64,000 bases of DNA, taken from an uncultured Acidobacteriota bacterium. GTDB lineage: Bacteria > Acidobacteriota > Thermoanaerobaculia > UBA5066 > DATFVB01. The DNA is taken from positions 320,001 to 384,000 of the forward strand of contig CAWEYG010000001.1 in NCBI GenBank assembly GCA_963813155.1, given 5' to 3'. Positions within the stretch are counted from its first letter, which is position 1; each line of letters begins with the position of its first letter. Below, one piece after another: positions 9,569-20,510 of this stretch. The notes beneath the pieces were generated by a model. That model was not told the DNA's origin, made no database searches, and saw nothing but the letters and a program-made list of their open reading frames with translations. Made by a program: the position numbers and the translations under genes.

Positions 9569-12386
9569 CCAGGATCTTTCGCAGGTACTGCCCCGTGAAC
9601 GACTCGCGGACCGCCGCGAGGTCCTCCGGCGTGCCTTCCGCGAGGATGCGGCCGCCGCCCTCTCCCCCTTCGGGGCCCAGATCCACGACCCAGTCGGCCG
9701 TCTTGATGACGTCGAGGTTGTGCTCGATCACGATGACCGTGTTCCCCCGGTCCGTGAGGGAATGCAGCACGGAGAGGAGCTTGTGGATGTCGTCGAAGTG
9801 AAGGCCGGTCGTCGGCTCGTCGAGGAGGTAGAGCGTGCGTCCGGTCGAGCGTTTCGCGAGCTCGCGCGCGAGCTTGATTCTCTGCGCCTCGCCTCCCGAC
9901 AGCGTGGTCGCGGGCTGGCCGAGCGTGATGTAGCCGAGGCCGACGTCGGTCAGCGTTCCGCAGATGTTCGCGATCGGGGGGATGTTGCGGAACAGCTCGA
10001 ACGCCTGCTCGACGGTCAGGTCGAGGATTTCGGCGATCGACTTGCCCTTGTAGGTGACCTGCAGCGTCTCGCGGTTATAGCGCTTTCCCCCGCAGACCTC
10101 GCACGTCACGTAGATGTCGGGCAGGAAGTGCATCTCGATCTTGATCTGCCCGTCGCCGGAACAGGCCTCGCACCGGCCCCCCTTCACGTTGAAAGAGAAA
10201 CGGCCCGGCTGGTACCCGCGTGTCCGGGCTTCGGGAGTCTTCGACATCAGGTCCCGGATCGCGTTGAAGACCCCGGTGTACGTCGCCGGGTTGCTCCGCG
10301 GAGTGCGGCCAATCGGGGACTGGTCGATGTCGATGACCTTGTCGATCTCGAAGATCCCCTCGACGCGATCGTGCTTCCCCGGTTTTTCCGACGAATTGTA
10401 GAGGGCGCGCGCGAGCGCCGGGTAGAGGATGTCGTTGACGAGCGTCGATTTTCCGGAGCCGGAGACGCCCGTGACGCACGTCATGACCCCGAGCGGAAAT
10501 CGCACGTCCAGGTTCTTCAAGTTGTGCTCGCGGGCCCCCCGCACGACGAGCGCCTTCGCCGAGCCGGGCCGGCGCACGAGCGGGATCGGGATCTCCCGTT
10601 CGCCCGAGAGGTATTTGCCGGTGAGCGAGCGCGGAAAGCGCGCGATCTCCCCGGGCGCTCCCTGCGCGACGATCTCCCCCCCGTGCACGCCCGCGCCGGG
10701 GCCGAGGTCGATCACGTGGTCGGCCGCCTGGATCGTCTCCTGGTCGTGCTCCACGACGAGAACGGTGTTGCCGAGATCCCGCATCGAGAGGAGCGTGTCG
10801 ATCAGCTTCCGGTTGTCCCGCTGGTGCAACCCGATCGACGGCTCGTCGAGGACGTAGAGAACGCCGGTCAGCTTGGATCCGATTTGCGTGGCGAGATGGA
10901 TGCGCTGCGACTCGCCCCCGGAAAGCGTCGCGGCCGTGCGGGAGAGATTGAGGTAACCGAGCCCGACGTTCTCCATGAATCCGAGGCGATCGCGGATCTC
11001 CTTGAGGATCTTGCCGGCAATCTCCGTCTCCCGGGAGGAAAGACGGAGCGCTTCGAACCATTCGATCCCGTCGCTGATCGTGAGGCCGGAAATTTCGTCG
11101 ATCGCGCGGCCCGAGACCTTCACGGCGAGCGCCTCGGGCTTCAGGCGGCGCCCTCCGCACTCGGGGCAATCGGTCGCCGACATGTACCGCTCGAGCTCCG
11201 CCTGGTTCTCGGGATTGTCCGTTTCGCGATACCGGCGCTCGAGCATCGGGACGAGGCCCTCGTATTTCGACCGCCACTTGTACTCGCCCTTCTCGGCGAC
11301 CCAGGAGAAGTTGATCTCGTCCCTCCCCGAGCCATAGAGGATGACGTCCTTGGCCTTCTTCGAGAGATCCTGAAACTTCGTGTCGAGCGAAAACTTGTAG
11401 TGCCGGGCGAGCTGTTTCATCTGGCGGCTTCGCCAGTTCGTCGAACCGGGCTTCAAAATCCCGATCGCGCCGCCGTTGATCGACTTGTCGGGAGCAGCGA
11501 TCAGGCGGTCCGGGTCGGCGCGAAGAATCGATCCGAGCCCGGAGCACTTCGCGCAGGCGCCGTACGGCGAGTTGAAGGAGAAAAGCCGCGGCGTGATTTC
11601 CGAGAGCGATGTGCCGCAGTCGGGGCACGCGTAATTGGCCGAGAGCAGATCCTCGGTCCCGTCCGGCCGAAGGAGAACGACGAGCCCGCCCGAAACGCGG
11701 ACCGCCGTCTCGATGGAGTCGGCGAGTCTCTTGCGGTAATCGGCGTCCTCGGGACCCTTCGCGACGAGACGGTCGACGACGACCTCGATCGTGTGCTTCT
11801 TCTGCTTGTCGAGCTCGGGCGGCGAATCGAGATCCACCATTTCCCCGTCGACGCGGGCGCGGAGAAATCCCTCCTGGATCATCTGCGCCATCTGCTTCTT
11901 GTATTCGCCCTTCTTACCGACGACGTGCGGCGCGAGGATCGAAAAGCGCGCCCCCTCCGGAAGCCGGGCGGCCCGATCGACCATTTCCTGCACGGTCTGA
12001 GCGGCGATCGATCGGCCGCATTTCGGGCAGTGCGGCTTGCCGATCGACGCGTACAGGAGGCGAAGGTAGTCGTGGACCTCGGTGACCGTGCCCACGGTCG
12101 AGCGAGGGTTCTTGGAGGTCGTTCGCTGATCGATCGAAATCGCCGGCGAGAGGCCCTCGATCGAATCGACATCCGGTTTTTCCATCTGCTCCAGGAACTG
12201 GCGCGCGTAGGCGGAAAGGGACTCGACGTACCGCCTTTGTCCTTCGGCAAAAATCGTGTCGAAGGCGAGCGACGATTTCCCCGATCCGGAGACGCCGGTG
12301 ACGACGATGAGCCGGTCGCGGGGGATCTCGAGGGTGACGTTCTTGAGGTTGTGCTGTCGGGCTCCCCGGATCGTCAGAGACTCCAT
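9540..12386 (-). CDS. uvrA: excinuclease ABC subunit A
   Basis: GARQHNLKN, two Walker A ([18 protein letters not shown]), two LSGGE signatures, zinc fingers; 948 aa. Confidence 0.98.
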   Translation of the reverse strand: MESLTIRGARQHNLKNVTLEIPRDRLIVVTGVSGSGKSSLAFDTIFAEGQRRYVESLSAYARQFLEQMEKPDVDSIEGLSPAISIDQRTTSKNPRSTVGTVTEVHDYLRLLYASIGKPHCPKCGRSIAAQTVQEMVDRAARLPEGARFSILAPHVVGKKGEYKKQMAQMIQEGFLRARVDGEMVDLDSPPELDKQKKHTIEVVVDRLVAKGPEDADYRKRLADSIETAVRVSGGLVVLLRPDGTEDLLSANYACPDCGTSLSEITPRLFSFNSPYGACAKCSGLGSILRADPDRLIAAPDKSINGGAIGILKPGSTNWRSRQMKQLARHYKFSLDTKFQDLSKKAKDVILYGSGRDEINFSWVAEKGEYKWRSKYEGLVPMLERRYRETDNPENQAELERYMSATDCPECGGRRLKPEALAVKVSGRAIDEISGLTISDGIEWFEALRLSSRETEIAGKILKEIRDRLGFMENVGLGYLNLSRTAATLSGGESQRIHLATQIGSKLTGVLYVLDEPSIGLHQRDNRKLIDTLLSMRDLGNTVLVVEHDQETIQAADHVIDLGPGAGVHGGEIVAQGAPGEIARFPRSLTGKYLSGEREIPIPLVRRPGSAKALVVRGAREHNLKNLDVRFPLGVMTCVTGVSGSGKSTLVNDILYPALARALYNSSEKPGKHDRVEGIFEIDKVIDIDQSPIGRTPRSNPATYTGVFNAIRDLMSKTPEARTRGYQPGRFSFNVKGGRCEACSGDGQIKIEMHFLPDIYVTCEVCGGKRYNRETLQVTYKGKSIAEILDLTVEQAFELFRNIPPIANICGTLTDVGLGYITLGQPATTLSGGEAQRIKLARELAKRSTGRTLYLLDEPTTGLHFDDIHKLLSVLHSLTDRGNTVIVIEHNLDVIKTADWVVDLGPEGGEGGGRILAEGTPEDLAAVRESFTGQYLRKILGGSRKRARR

Positions 12387-12488
12387 CCGGCCGATTCTAT
12401 CCGAGCGTCGAGCCCCGGGACTTTCGCAACCGGCCCCGCCTTTTCACCAGGAATAATGGCGGATGGCGGCCTGTTCTTTCTGACTCCA

Positions 12489-13475
12489 ATGCGAAAGAAC
12501 TGGGGAAAGACATTCGGACTGTTGCTGTGTGCCCTGGCGTTTGCCGGATCGCGGCCATTCACGCCCCCGAGCGCGGCCCCGCCGGCCGCCCCGGCGAAGA
12601 CCCCTGTCCGGACGGACAGCGCCGCTTCGGATCCCGGGGCCGGGAGCTTCGACATCCCGTTTGTCTACAACGACCGCGTCGCCCTCATGATCGACGCCTA
12701 CTGCAACCGCGTTCACGATCGTTTCGAAGAGGGGCTCGAAAACGCCGGCCGCTACGAGCCTCTGATCCGCACCACGTTTCAGGCCGAGGGCCTTCCCGAG
12801 GATCTCGTCTACGTCGCGATGATCGAATCTTCGTTTCGGCCGATGGCCCGCTCGAGCGCGCGCGCCCAGGGGATCTGGCAATTCGTGAAATCGACAGGCC
12901 ACCGATTCGGCCTGAAATCCGACTCGTACATCGACGAGCGGGCCGATCCCGCAAAGGCCACGCTCGCCGCCGCGAAGTTCTGGAAGACTCTCTACGGCGA
13001 GTTCGGCGACTGGAACCTCGCGATGGCGGCCTACAACTCGGGCGAAGGACGGGTCTCTTCGGCGATCCGCCGAACCGGGCTCGACGACTACTGGGACCTC
13101 TGCCGGCAGAACGCCCTGCCGCGCGAGACCTGCAACTACGTTCCCGGCGTAATCGCGGCCGGAATGATCGCCCGCGATCCGCGGCAATACGGGTTCGACG
13201 TCAAGCGCCAGGATGCCCCCGAGTTCGACACGGTCGTTGTCGACAAGCCGATCGACCTGCGCACCCTGGCGCGCAAGTCCGAAGTCGACCTGGGACAGCT
13301 CCGCGAGCTCAACCCGGAGCTCCGCACGACGCTCGTCCCGGGCCGCCGCTCCGGTTATCCCCTCGTCGTGCCGACCGGAGACCGCGAGGCGATCGAATCC
13401 ACGCTCGCCGCGCTTCCCGACCGCGGAAGGACCCGCGGCCGGGCGCGGCGGCCGCCCCAGTCGCGGGACGCCTAA
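12489..13475 (+). CDS. lytic transglycosylase (MltD-like SLT domain, no full C-terminal LysM repeats)
   Basis: C-terminal part of long ORF 9345..13475; signal peptide from MRKNWGK; AMIESSF (catalytic Glu), GIWQF, AAYNSGEG, ETCNYV. Confidence 0.88.
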   Translation: MRKNWGKTFGLLLCALAFAGSRPFTPPSAAPPAAPAKTPVRTDSAASDPGAGSFDIPFVYNDRVALMIDAYCNRVHDRFEEGLENAGRYEPLIRTTFQAEGLPEDLVYVAMIESSFRPMARSSARAQGIWQFVKSTGHRFGLKSDSYIDERADPAKATLAAAKFWKTLYGEFGDWNLAMAAYNSGEGRVSSAIRRTGLDDYWDLCRQNALPRETCNYVPGVIAAGMIARDPRQYGFDVKRQDAPEFDTVVVDKPIDLRTLARKSEVDLGQLRELNPELRTTLVPGRRSGYPLVVPTGDREAIESTLAALPDRGRTRGRARRPPQSRDA

Positions 13476-13502
13476 TTTAATTCTGATATTTAGCTGTATT
13501 AC

Positions 13503-13551
13503 AGAATAAAATTCTTGAAACATCAATTCCGCATTGTTATTATTGCGGAAT
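13503..13551 (+). promoter_or_regulatory. sigma70 promoter (TTGAAA-N17-TATTAT, extended -10) with overlapping Lrp-type palindrome
   Basis: AGAATAAAATTCT at 13503-13515; TTGAAA 13515-13520; TATTAT 13538-13543; ATTCCGCA/TGCGGAAT inverted repeat flanking -10; AT-rich island. Confidence 0.7.
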
Positions 13552-14029
13552 GTCCCACTATGACCCGACCGATGCGCGGATCCTGAACCTCCTCCAGGAG
13601 GACGGGTCGATGACGAACGCCGACCTCGCCGAGCGGATCGGCCTGACTCCCGCACCGACGCTGGAGCGCGTCCGGAAACTCGAGCGAGAGGGCTACATCC
13701 GAAAGTACGTCGCTCTCGTCGACCCGGGAAAGCTCGGAAAACCGGTGACCGCGTTCGTCTCGGTCATCATGCGGTCGCACGGGCAGCAGACGGACGAGTC
13801 TCTCCGAAAATCGGTCGCCCGGCTTCCGGAAGTCCTCGAATGCCACCACATTGCTGGCGAGGAGGATTACCTGCTGAAAGTCGTCGCGGCCTCGCCGACC
13901 GATTACGAGCGGTTCGTCCTGGGCAAGCTGATGAAGATCCCCGGAATCGAAAAGATCAAGACGACGTTCGTTCTTTCTTCCTCGAAGCTCGAGACGAAAG
14001 TCCTCGCCGAGATCGACGCGGGCCCCTGA
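13550..14029 (+). CDS. Lrp/AsnC family transcriptional regulator
   Basis: DARILNLLQEDGSMTNADLAERIGLTPAPTLERVRKLEREGYI HTH; ECHHIAGEEDYLLKV RAM domain. Confidence 0.95.
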   Translation: MSHYDPTDARILNLLQEDGSMTNADLAERIGLTPAPTLERVRKLEREGYIRKYVALVDPGKLGKPVTAFVSVIMRSHGQQTDESLRKSVARLPEVLECHHIAGEEDYLLKVVAASPTDYERFVLGKLMKIPGIEKIKTTFVLSSSKLETKVLAEIDAGP

Positions 14030-14030
14030 C

Positions 14031-14657
14031 ATGCAGGTCTGGAACTTCGGTTTTCTCGCGTTCACGTCGCTGTTCACGGTGATGAATCCGATCTCGGCAG
14101 CCCCGATCTTCGTCGGGATGACGGACGGAGATTCGCCCTCGGAGCGCCGGAAGGTCGCGTTCAAATCGAGCCTCGCCGCCGGGGCGACGCTGCTGACCTT
14201 CGAGGCCGCGGGCAGCCTGATCTTCTCCTTTTTCGGGATCACGGTCCCGGCATTCCAGATCGCCGGCGGCGTGCTCTTCACGATGATCTCGATCAAGACC
14301 CTGAACAACGGCCGCGAGGAGGTCGAAGCGGAAGAGGCGGCGGGAACCGACCCGTCGATCGTGCCGCTCGGCATCCCGACGATCGCCGGGCCCGGGGCGA
14401 TCTCGACGGTCATGGCGCTCGTCGGCCAGGCCACGACCTTTCCGCATCGGGCAGTCCTCGCGGGCGCGATCGGGACGGCAATCGTCCTCACGTGCCTGAT
14501 TCTGCTGGCCGCGCCGACGATCGTCGTTCGGATCGGCCGCACGGGACAGCGGATCGTCGCGAAGATCATGGGCCTCATCACGTGCGTGATCGGCGTCCAG
14601 TTCATCATCAACGGGATCACGCCCGTCGCCGTGCAGATCCTCAAGAGCGCGCGGTAG
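14031..14657 (+). CDS. MarC family integral membrane protein
   Basis: LFTVMNPI, FQIAGGVL, VPLGIPTIAGPGAI, KIMGLI..GVQFI motifs. Confidence 0.93.
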   Translation: MQVWNFGFLAFTSLFTVMNPISAAPIFVGMTDGDSPSERRKVAFKSSLAAGATLLTFEAAGSLIFSFFGITVPAFQIAGGVLFTMISIKTLNNGREEVEAEEAAGTDPSIVPLGIPTIAGPGAISTVMALVGQATTFPHRAVLAGAIGTAIVLTCLILLAAPTIVVRIGRTGQRIVAKIMGLITCVIGVQFIINGITPVAVQILKSAR

Positions 14658-14801
14658 GGAACTCTCGCTCGGCCCGCTTGGGTCGACAGGACCCATCCGG
14701 CGCACGGGAGAGGCGGGTTGCGCCGGAATATGAAATAAGGGCATGATTCCCTCAGCAAGCCGCCGGAGGCGCCTCCGGACGGCGGTCGGAGGGTTGGAAA
14801 A

Positions 14802-16820
14802 ATGAACGGTCGATCTCGCAACGGGAGAATCCCGAACTGGTTTCTCGCGCTGATTCTGGTGCTGCCGGCGGCTCGCTCGCAGGCGGGATACCTCAGCTGG
14901 ACGAGCCACGGGCCGGAAGGCGGCCAGATCACCGCGCTCGCGGTCGACTCCGCCAAGCCGGACACCGTTTACGCCGGAACCGGCTTTGCCGGCGTGTTTC
15001 GAAGCACCGACGGCGGCGCGAGCTGGAGCGCGGTCAGCACGGGTTTGACGGATCCCCACGTGCACGCGCTCGCGATCCATCCCTCGAATTCCTCGACCAT
15101 CTACTCGGGAACGCTCGACGGGGTCTTCAAGTCGACCGACGGAGGGCGGAAATGGACGCGCGCGAGCTCCGGGTTCAAGAAGAACGCGGTCGTCTTCTCT
15201 CTCGCGATCGACCCAACCGCCCCGGAGACCGTGTACGCGGGAACCAACGGCGACGACGTCTTCAAGACGACCGACGGCGGGGCCCACTGGCTGCCCCTTC
15301 CCACCGGCCAGAGCTACGGCGTGATTACGGCCCTCGCGATCGATCCCGTGCGGCACGACACCGTCTACGCGGCCTCCTTCAGCGGCGTCTTCAAGACGAA
15401 CGACGGAGGGCGCACCTGGGCCGCCGTTCGGCGGGGCATGACGGTGATGGACGTTTTCGCGATCGCGATCGACCCCGAGGCGCCGTCCACGATCTTCGCG
15501 GGAACCGGCCTCGGGGGAGCGTTCCGCAGCCTCGACGGCGGCGACCACTGGGAGCCGATCAACTCCGGGCTTCCGAGCGCCCTCGTGCAGGCCGTGGCCG
15601 TGAGCTCGAAGTTGCCGGGGACCGTCTACGCGGGCAACGGCACGAACGGCCTCTGGAAGAGCATCGACTCGGGAATCCACTGGAAACCGGTTTACAACGG
15701 CCTCTCCCGGCGCCTCGTGCAGACGATCGTCGCGGACCCCTCCAACGGCGACACGATCTTCGCGGGCACCGGCAGCGACGGCGTCTTCAAGACCGTCAAC
15801 GGAGGGCGTCGGTGGATCGCCTCCAACAGCGGGCTCGCCGGCGCAAGCGTCGGCGCTCTCGCCATCGACCCGTTCGTCCCGTCGACCCTGTACGCCGGAA
15901 CGCTCGGCGGCGGGATCCACAAGAGCGTCGACGGGGGCTCGAAATGGTCTCCGATCAACGCGGGCCTCCCGAACAATTCCTATGTCTTCGCCCTCATCGT
16001 CGACCCCGAGAGCCCGACGACCGTCTACGCCGGAACGGCGAGCGACGGCGTTTTCAAGAGCACGAACGGCGGGCGCGACTGGAGCCTCGCGAACTCCGGC
16101 TCGCAGAGCCGAAACGTCCACTGCCTCGTCCTCGACCCGGCCGACCCTCACACGCTCCGGGCCGGAACGACGCTTTCCGGAGTGCTCAAGAGCGTCGACG
16201 GCGGCAAGACGTGGACTGTCCTGAGCAACGGCCTCACGAACACCGACGTGCTCGCCTTGACGCTCGACCCGATGAATACCGCGGTTCTCTATGCCGGGAC
16301 GAATGAAGGCGGCGTCTTCCGGTCCGGCGACGGCGGAGCCCACTGGAAGGCGGTCAACGTCGGTCTTCCGAAGAACTCCGTCATCTTCGCGCTGCTCGTC
16401 GACCCCAAAACCCCGAGCACCCTCTATGCGGGCACGCAGGACGGAGTTTTCAAGACGAACACCAGCGGCGGCGAGTGGAAGGCCGTCAACATCGGGCTCA
16501 CGAACACGAACGTCTTCGGAATGACGATGGACCCGACCAATCCCGAGACCCTCTATGCCGGCACCCAGGAAGGCGTCTTCCGGACGACGGGCGGCGGCGG
16601 AAGCTGGGAGCCCTTCAACACGGGGATGTCCACGAACGTCGTGAGAGCGCTCGCGATGGAGAAATCGGGACGATTCCTCCTCGCCGGGACGGAAGAAGGT
16701 GTCTTCGACTACGCCTTCGTCCAGGGCAAGCTCGAAGCGCCGACTCCCGTTTCGGCGGCCGACGGAGGAACGCGGACCGGAGAGATCGCCGCTACGGCCC
16801 CGGGGGCGCTTCGGAGGTAG
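14802..16820 (+). CDS. secreted BNR/Asp-box repeat beta-propeller protein
   Basis: Signal peptide; 13 repeats of A-L-A-I-D-P..VYAGT..GVFKSTDGG..W with ~44 aa period plus a closing partial repeat. Confidence 0.9.
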   Translation: MNGRSRNGRIPNWFLALILVLPAARSQAGYLSWTSHGPEGGQITALAVDSAKPDTVYAGTGFAGVFRSTDGGASWSAVSTGLTDPHVHALAIHPSNSSTIYSGTLDGVFKSTDGGRKWTRASSGFKKNAVVFSLAIDPTAPETVYAGTNGDDVFKTTDGGAHWLPLPTGQSYGVITALAIDPVRHDTVYAASFSGVFKTNDGGRTWAAVRRGMTVMDVFAIAIDPEAPSTIFAGTGLGGAFRSLDGGDHWEPINSGLPSALVQAVAVSSKLPGTVYAGNGTNGLWKSIDSGIHWKPVYNGLSRRLVQTIVADPSNGDTIFAGTGSDGVFKTVNGGRRWIASNSGLAGASVGALAIDPFVPSTLYAGTLGGGIHKSVDGGSKWSPINAGLPNNSYVFALIVDPESPTTVYAGTASDGVFKSTNGGRDWSLANSGSQSRNVHCLVLDPADPHTLRAGTTLSGVLKSVDGGKTWTVLSNGLTNTDVLALTLDPMNTAVLYAGTNEGGVFRSGDGGAHWKAVNVGLPKNSVIFALLVDPKTPSTLYAGTQDGVFKTNTSGGEWKAVNIGLTNTNVFGMTMDPTNPETLYAGTQEGVFRTTGGGGSWEPFNTGMSTNVVRALAMEKSGRFLLAGTEEGVFDYAFVQGKLEAPTPVSAADGGTRTGEIAATAPGALRR

Positions 16821-19107
16821 AAGCCCCCGCGCGGTTCTCCGGAGAGTGGACCGTGCAGGCCTGGGTCGGGGCGCTCCCGAGGAGAAAGACCTCGGTCATC
16901 GTCTGCGGGCAGTACGGCGTGACGAGCATTCCCGTCTCGGGGTCGATCTGGGCCGTCACGATGTCCGCCGGCGGGGGAAAGCTCTCTTCGAGAAGATTCG
17001 CCGGAACGCCCTTGATGAATTCCGTGAAGATCGGAACGGCGGCCTGCGAGCCGGACAGGTTGAGGCCCCGATTGTCGTCGAATCCCACCCACACCGCCGC
17101 GAGGATCTTCGGGGAGAAGCCGATGAACCAGGCGTCGCGGCCGTCGTTGGTCGTGCCCGTCTTGCCGGCCAGAACGCCCTGGACGCCGCGCGAGCGCACT
17201 CCCCCGCCCGTGCCGCGGTTGACGACTCCCTGCATCAGGGAATCAACGAGAAAGACGGCGTCGGGGGGCAGCACGCGCTTGAGCGGCGTCTCCCGGCGCT
17301 CGAGGACCTTCCCCGCCGCGTCGGTGACCCCGACGATCGCGCTCGGCTCGACGCGGACTCCCCCGTCGGCGAGCGCGCAATAGGCCGACGCGATCTCCAT
17401 CGGCGACGTCTCGAAGGAACCGAGCGCGAGCGAAGGGTAGCCGCGCAGCGGCGAGGAGATCCCCGCGGACCGCGCCGCGGCCACGACCGTGTCGAGCCCC
17501 GCCTGAACGGCGACCCGCACGGTCGGAACGTTGACCGACATTTCGAGCGCGCGCCGAACGGAGATCGGGCCGCGGTACTGGTTGTCGTCGTTGTGCGGAG
17601 TCCACCGCTCGTTGTCGCCTCCGGCGCCCCACACCAGAGTGATCGGCGAGTCGATCAACATCGTCGCCGGACTGATGGGCGGCTGCAGATCGCGCCGGGA
17701 GAACGCCGCGAGGTAGACGAAGGGCTTGAACAGCGAGCCCGGCTGCCGGTGCGCCTGGGTCACGCGGTTGAACTGGGAGAGCGAGTAGTCGCGGCCGCCG
17801 ACGAGGGCGCGCACCGCGCCGGTTCCCGGGTCGATCACGATCAGCGCGCCCTGAAGGGGATTGATCCGCGAGGCATTCCGCAGCCGGCGGTAGTTTTTCT
17901 CGAGATTTCCCAGCCCCTCCGTGACGGCCTTCTGCGCGTGCCTCTGCAGGTCCACGTCGAGGGTCGTGAAGATCTGGAGACCCTCGGTCCCCAGTTTTTC
18001 CCCGTACTTCTCCTGGAGCTGGTTCTCGACGAAGTTGACGAAATGCGGGGCCTGGATGCGGACGGGCGGCCCGGCGGAAGGCGTCAGCGGTTCCGCGAGC
18101 GCCGCGTCGAACTGCGCCACGTCGATCTGTCCGGCCGTCGCCATCATCCGAAGGAGCGAGTCCCGCCGGGAGCGGCACCTCTCCGGATTCCGGAACGGGT
18201 TGAACCGGCCGGGCGACGCGATCATGCCCGCGAGCGTCGCGGATTCGGCGACATCGAGATCGGAAACGTTCTTGCCGAAATAGAAACGCGAGGCCTCTCC
18301 GACTCCCGTGATCGAGATCGCGCCCCGCTGCCCGAGATAGATCTCGTTCAGGTAAGCCTCGAGAATCTCGTCCTTCGAGTACGACGCGTCGAGGACGACC
18401 GCCATCAATCCCTCGATCGCCTTCCGCTTGAACGTCCGCTTCGGCGAAAGGTAGAGGTTCTTGACGAGCTGCTGGGTGAGCGTCGATCCTCCCTGCGCCG
18501 CCGAGCCGTGTCGCAGGTCCGCCATGAACGCCCCTGCGATCCGGCGGACCGAGATTCCCCCGTGGCGGTAGAAATCCCGATCCTCGCGGGTCAGGATCGC
18601 CTCGACGAGCCATTTCGAAACCTCGGAGAGGCGAACAAGGCTCCGGTCCTCGAGCTTCTTGTCGAACACGGACCCGAGCAGCTCCGGCTCGATCACGATC
18701 GACGAGAGTTGCTGGCCGTTGGAGGTCTCGAGCGAACGAACCTTTCCGCCGGAAAACGCGATCTTCACGGGAAATCCTTCGAAGGTTCTCCCCACGTCGA
18801 CGAAGGAACGCAGCCAGACGTCCAGACCGTCCCGAACGACCCGAAACTGGCCCGGGCGCGCCGGCGCGTCCTCGGTCTGCGCGTAGTACAGCCGGCGAAG
18901 CTTTTCGGCGAGCTCGTCCGGAGTGGAAGACACTCCTTCCGAAACCGTTTTCACGTCGGAATAGATGCGGGACGGGAGGTTCCACCGCCGGCCGTTGAAC
19001 CTCGACGTGACGACGCTCGTCAGGTAGGCGAACGAGAGTGTGCAGGCCGCGAACCCCACGGCACCCGCCAGCAGAATCGCGGTGCGATAGCGCCGAAAGA
19101 ATTCCAT
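16792..19107 (-). CDS. class A penicillin-binding protein (PBP1B-like, UB2H-like region)
   Basis: N-terminal TM; EDRDFYRHGG and GGSTLTQQLVKN (transglycosylase); SLFK, SVN, KTG (transpeptidase). Confidence 0.93.
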   Translation of the reverse strand: MEFFRRYRTAILLAGAVGFAACTLSFAYLTSVVTSRFNGRRWNLPSRIYSDVKTVSEGVSSTPDELAEKLRRLYYAQTEDAPARPGQFRVVRDGLDVWLRSFVDVGRTFEGFPVKIAFSGGKVRSLETSNGQQLSSIVIEPELLGSVFDKKLEDRSLVRLSEVSKWLVEAILTREDRDFYRHGGISVRRIAGAFMADLRHGSAAQGGSTLTQQLVKNLYLSPKRTFKRKAIEGLMAVVLDASYSKDEILEAYLNEIYLGQRGAISITGVGEASRFYFGKNVSDLDVAESATLAGMIASPGRFNPFRNPERCRSRRDSLLRMMATAGQIDVAQFDAALAEPLTPSAGPPVRIQAPHFVNFVENQLQEKYGEKLGTEGLQIFTTLDVDLQRHAQKAVTEGLGNLEKNYRRLRNASRINPLQGALIVIDPGTGAVRALVGGRDYSLSQFNRVTQAHRQPGSLFKPFVYLAAFSRRDLQPPISPATMLIDSPITLVWGAGGDNERWTPHNDDNQYRGPISVRRALEMSVNVPTVRVAVQAGLDTVVAAARSAGISSPLRGYPSLALGSFETSPMEIASAYCALADGGVRVEPSAIVGVTDAAGKVLERRETPLKRVLPPDAVFLVDSLMQGVVNRGTGGGVRSRGVQGVLAGKTGTTNDGRDAWFIGFSPKILAAVWVGFDDNRGLNLSGSQAAVPIFTEFIKGVPANLLEESFPPPADIVTAQIDPETGMLVTPYCPQTMTEVFLLGSAPTQACTVHSPENRAGASTSEAPPGP

Positions 19108-19163
19108 TCGGCAAGGATAACAAATCGGACTCCTTCCCAATTGCGGTTAGACTCCCCATTCGC

Positions 19164-20510
19164 ATGGCACGCCGCGCCCGGTCGAAATCGCCGAAGCAGA
19201 GGGGAACGGCCGCGGTCCCCGAGAGTTCGCCCCGCCCGGGCGCAGCCGCAGCCGTTCTCTCCGGCGGGGCCGCGATCGCCGTCCTGGCGTCGTGGCTCGC
19301 GATCGATCCGCGCTCGATCGACGCCTTCGACGCCCCAAAGTTTCTTCTGGCCCAGGCCGGCCTCGCGGCCGCGGCCGGCGCCGCGCTCTGGGTCCGGCTC
19401 CGCCGCCCCGATCCGTTTCGAGTCGGCAAGGGCCGGAAGTCACGCGCCATCCTCGTCCTTTTCGGCGCCGGCCTGCTCGGCGCGATTCTCTCCGCTCTCG
19501 CCTCGCGGCACGCGGCCCGTTCTCTGGACGCCCTGAGGTCGGCGGCGCTCTTTCTCCTCGCCCTCGCGGTCGGAGCGAGCCTCGCCTCCTCGAAGCGATT
19601 TCCGAGAGTCACCGCCCTGTTCGCCGCCGGCGCCACCGTCAACGCCGTGCTCGTGATCCTGGCCGCGCGGGACATCTATTCACCGCTCGTTGTCATCGAG
19701 CAGACGAAGCGAACGGGTCTCGGCGCTCTTCTCGGAAACGCCGGACACCTCGGAATCAGCCTCGCGATCGCTGCGGCGGCGCTGCTGCCGCCGGCGATCT
19801 CCGGACGATTCCGGTGGCCGGCTCGGGCCGCGCTCGCGGCAGTCGTGGCCGGAATTTTCGCGACTCAGACGTTTTCGGGTCTCGCGGCGCTTGCCGGCGG
19901 GGCCGCCGTCTATCTCGTGCTTCGCTTTCGCCGGCGGGCCGCCGTGCCGATTTTCGCCGTCGTGATGCTGATGCTGGCGGTCGTCCTGGAATCGCGCCAG
20001 CTCCGGTTTCGGCTTGTCCTCGCCGGGTTCAGCCTTCACCGAGGCAACTGGAACGCGGCTCTGTCCGCTCGCGCGGCCCCGTGGCTGGCGGCGACCGAGA
20101 TGATCCGCGACCGACCCGGGCTCGGAATCGGGCCGGGCAACTTCGCCGGCGAATTCATTTCGCACCGCGTTTCGGCGGAGGCGCGCTACCACCAGCGGCT
20201 CGTCGTGAACGGAATGGCGACGAACTCCTTCTCCGAGGCTCACAGCGATTATCTGGAAATCGTCGCAGCGATCGGTGCGCCCGCCGGACTCTGCCTCATC
20301 GCGGCTTTTGCCCTTCTTCTCGCGGGGACGATCTCCCTCGGCCGCGGCGACCCCGGGGCGGCGGCGGAAAGCTCGGGCCTCGTGGCCGGGGCGATCGCGG
20401 CGGCGACCTGGTTTCCGTTTCAAATCGCCGCGTCGGGCGTGTGGCTCCTGCTCCTTGCGGGAGCCGCGTTCCGGCGTCTCCAGGCGGCGGAATCGGGAGG
20501 CGAAGGGTGA
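19164..20510 (+). CDS. O-antigen ligase / Wzy_C family membrane protein
   Basis: About 12 TM helices; LLGNAGH, GIGPGNF, AHSDYLEI motifs. Confidence 0.85.
   Translation: MARRARSKSPKQRGTAAVPESSPRPGAAAAVLSGGAAIAVLASWLAIDPRSIDAFDAPKFLLAQAGLAAAAGAALWVRLRRPDPFRVGKGRKSRAILVLFGAGLLGAILSALASRHAARSLDALRSAALFLLALAVGASLASSKRFPRVTALFAAGATVNAVLVILAARDIYSPLVVIEQTKRTGLGALLGNAGHLGISLAIAAAALLPPAISGRFRWPARAALAAVVAGIFATQTFSGLAALAGGAAVYLVLRFRRRAAVPIFAVVMLMLAVVLESRQLRFRLVLAGFSLHRGNWNAALSARAAPWLAATEMIRDRPGLGIGPGNFAGEFISHRVSAEARYHQRLVVNGMATNSFSEAHSDYLEIVAAIGAPAGLCLIAAFALLLAGTISLGRGDPGAAAESSGLVAGAIAAATWFPFQIAASGVWLLLLAGAAFRRLQAAESGGEG

Noticed and set aside
9345-12488. 1376-aa plus-strand ORF
   Set aside because: Antisense shadow of uvrA caused by GC3 bias; only 12489..13475 is a real gene
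12387-12488. LexA box upstream of uvrA
   Set aside because: No GTTC-N7-GTTC, CTGT-N8-ACAG or GAAC-N4-GTTC found
14900-16700. CRISPR-like or DNA tandem repeat array
   Set aside because: Repeats are degenerate protein-level Asp-box repeats within one ORF
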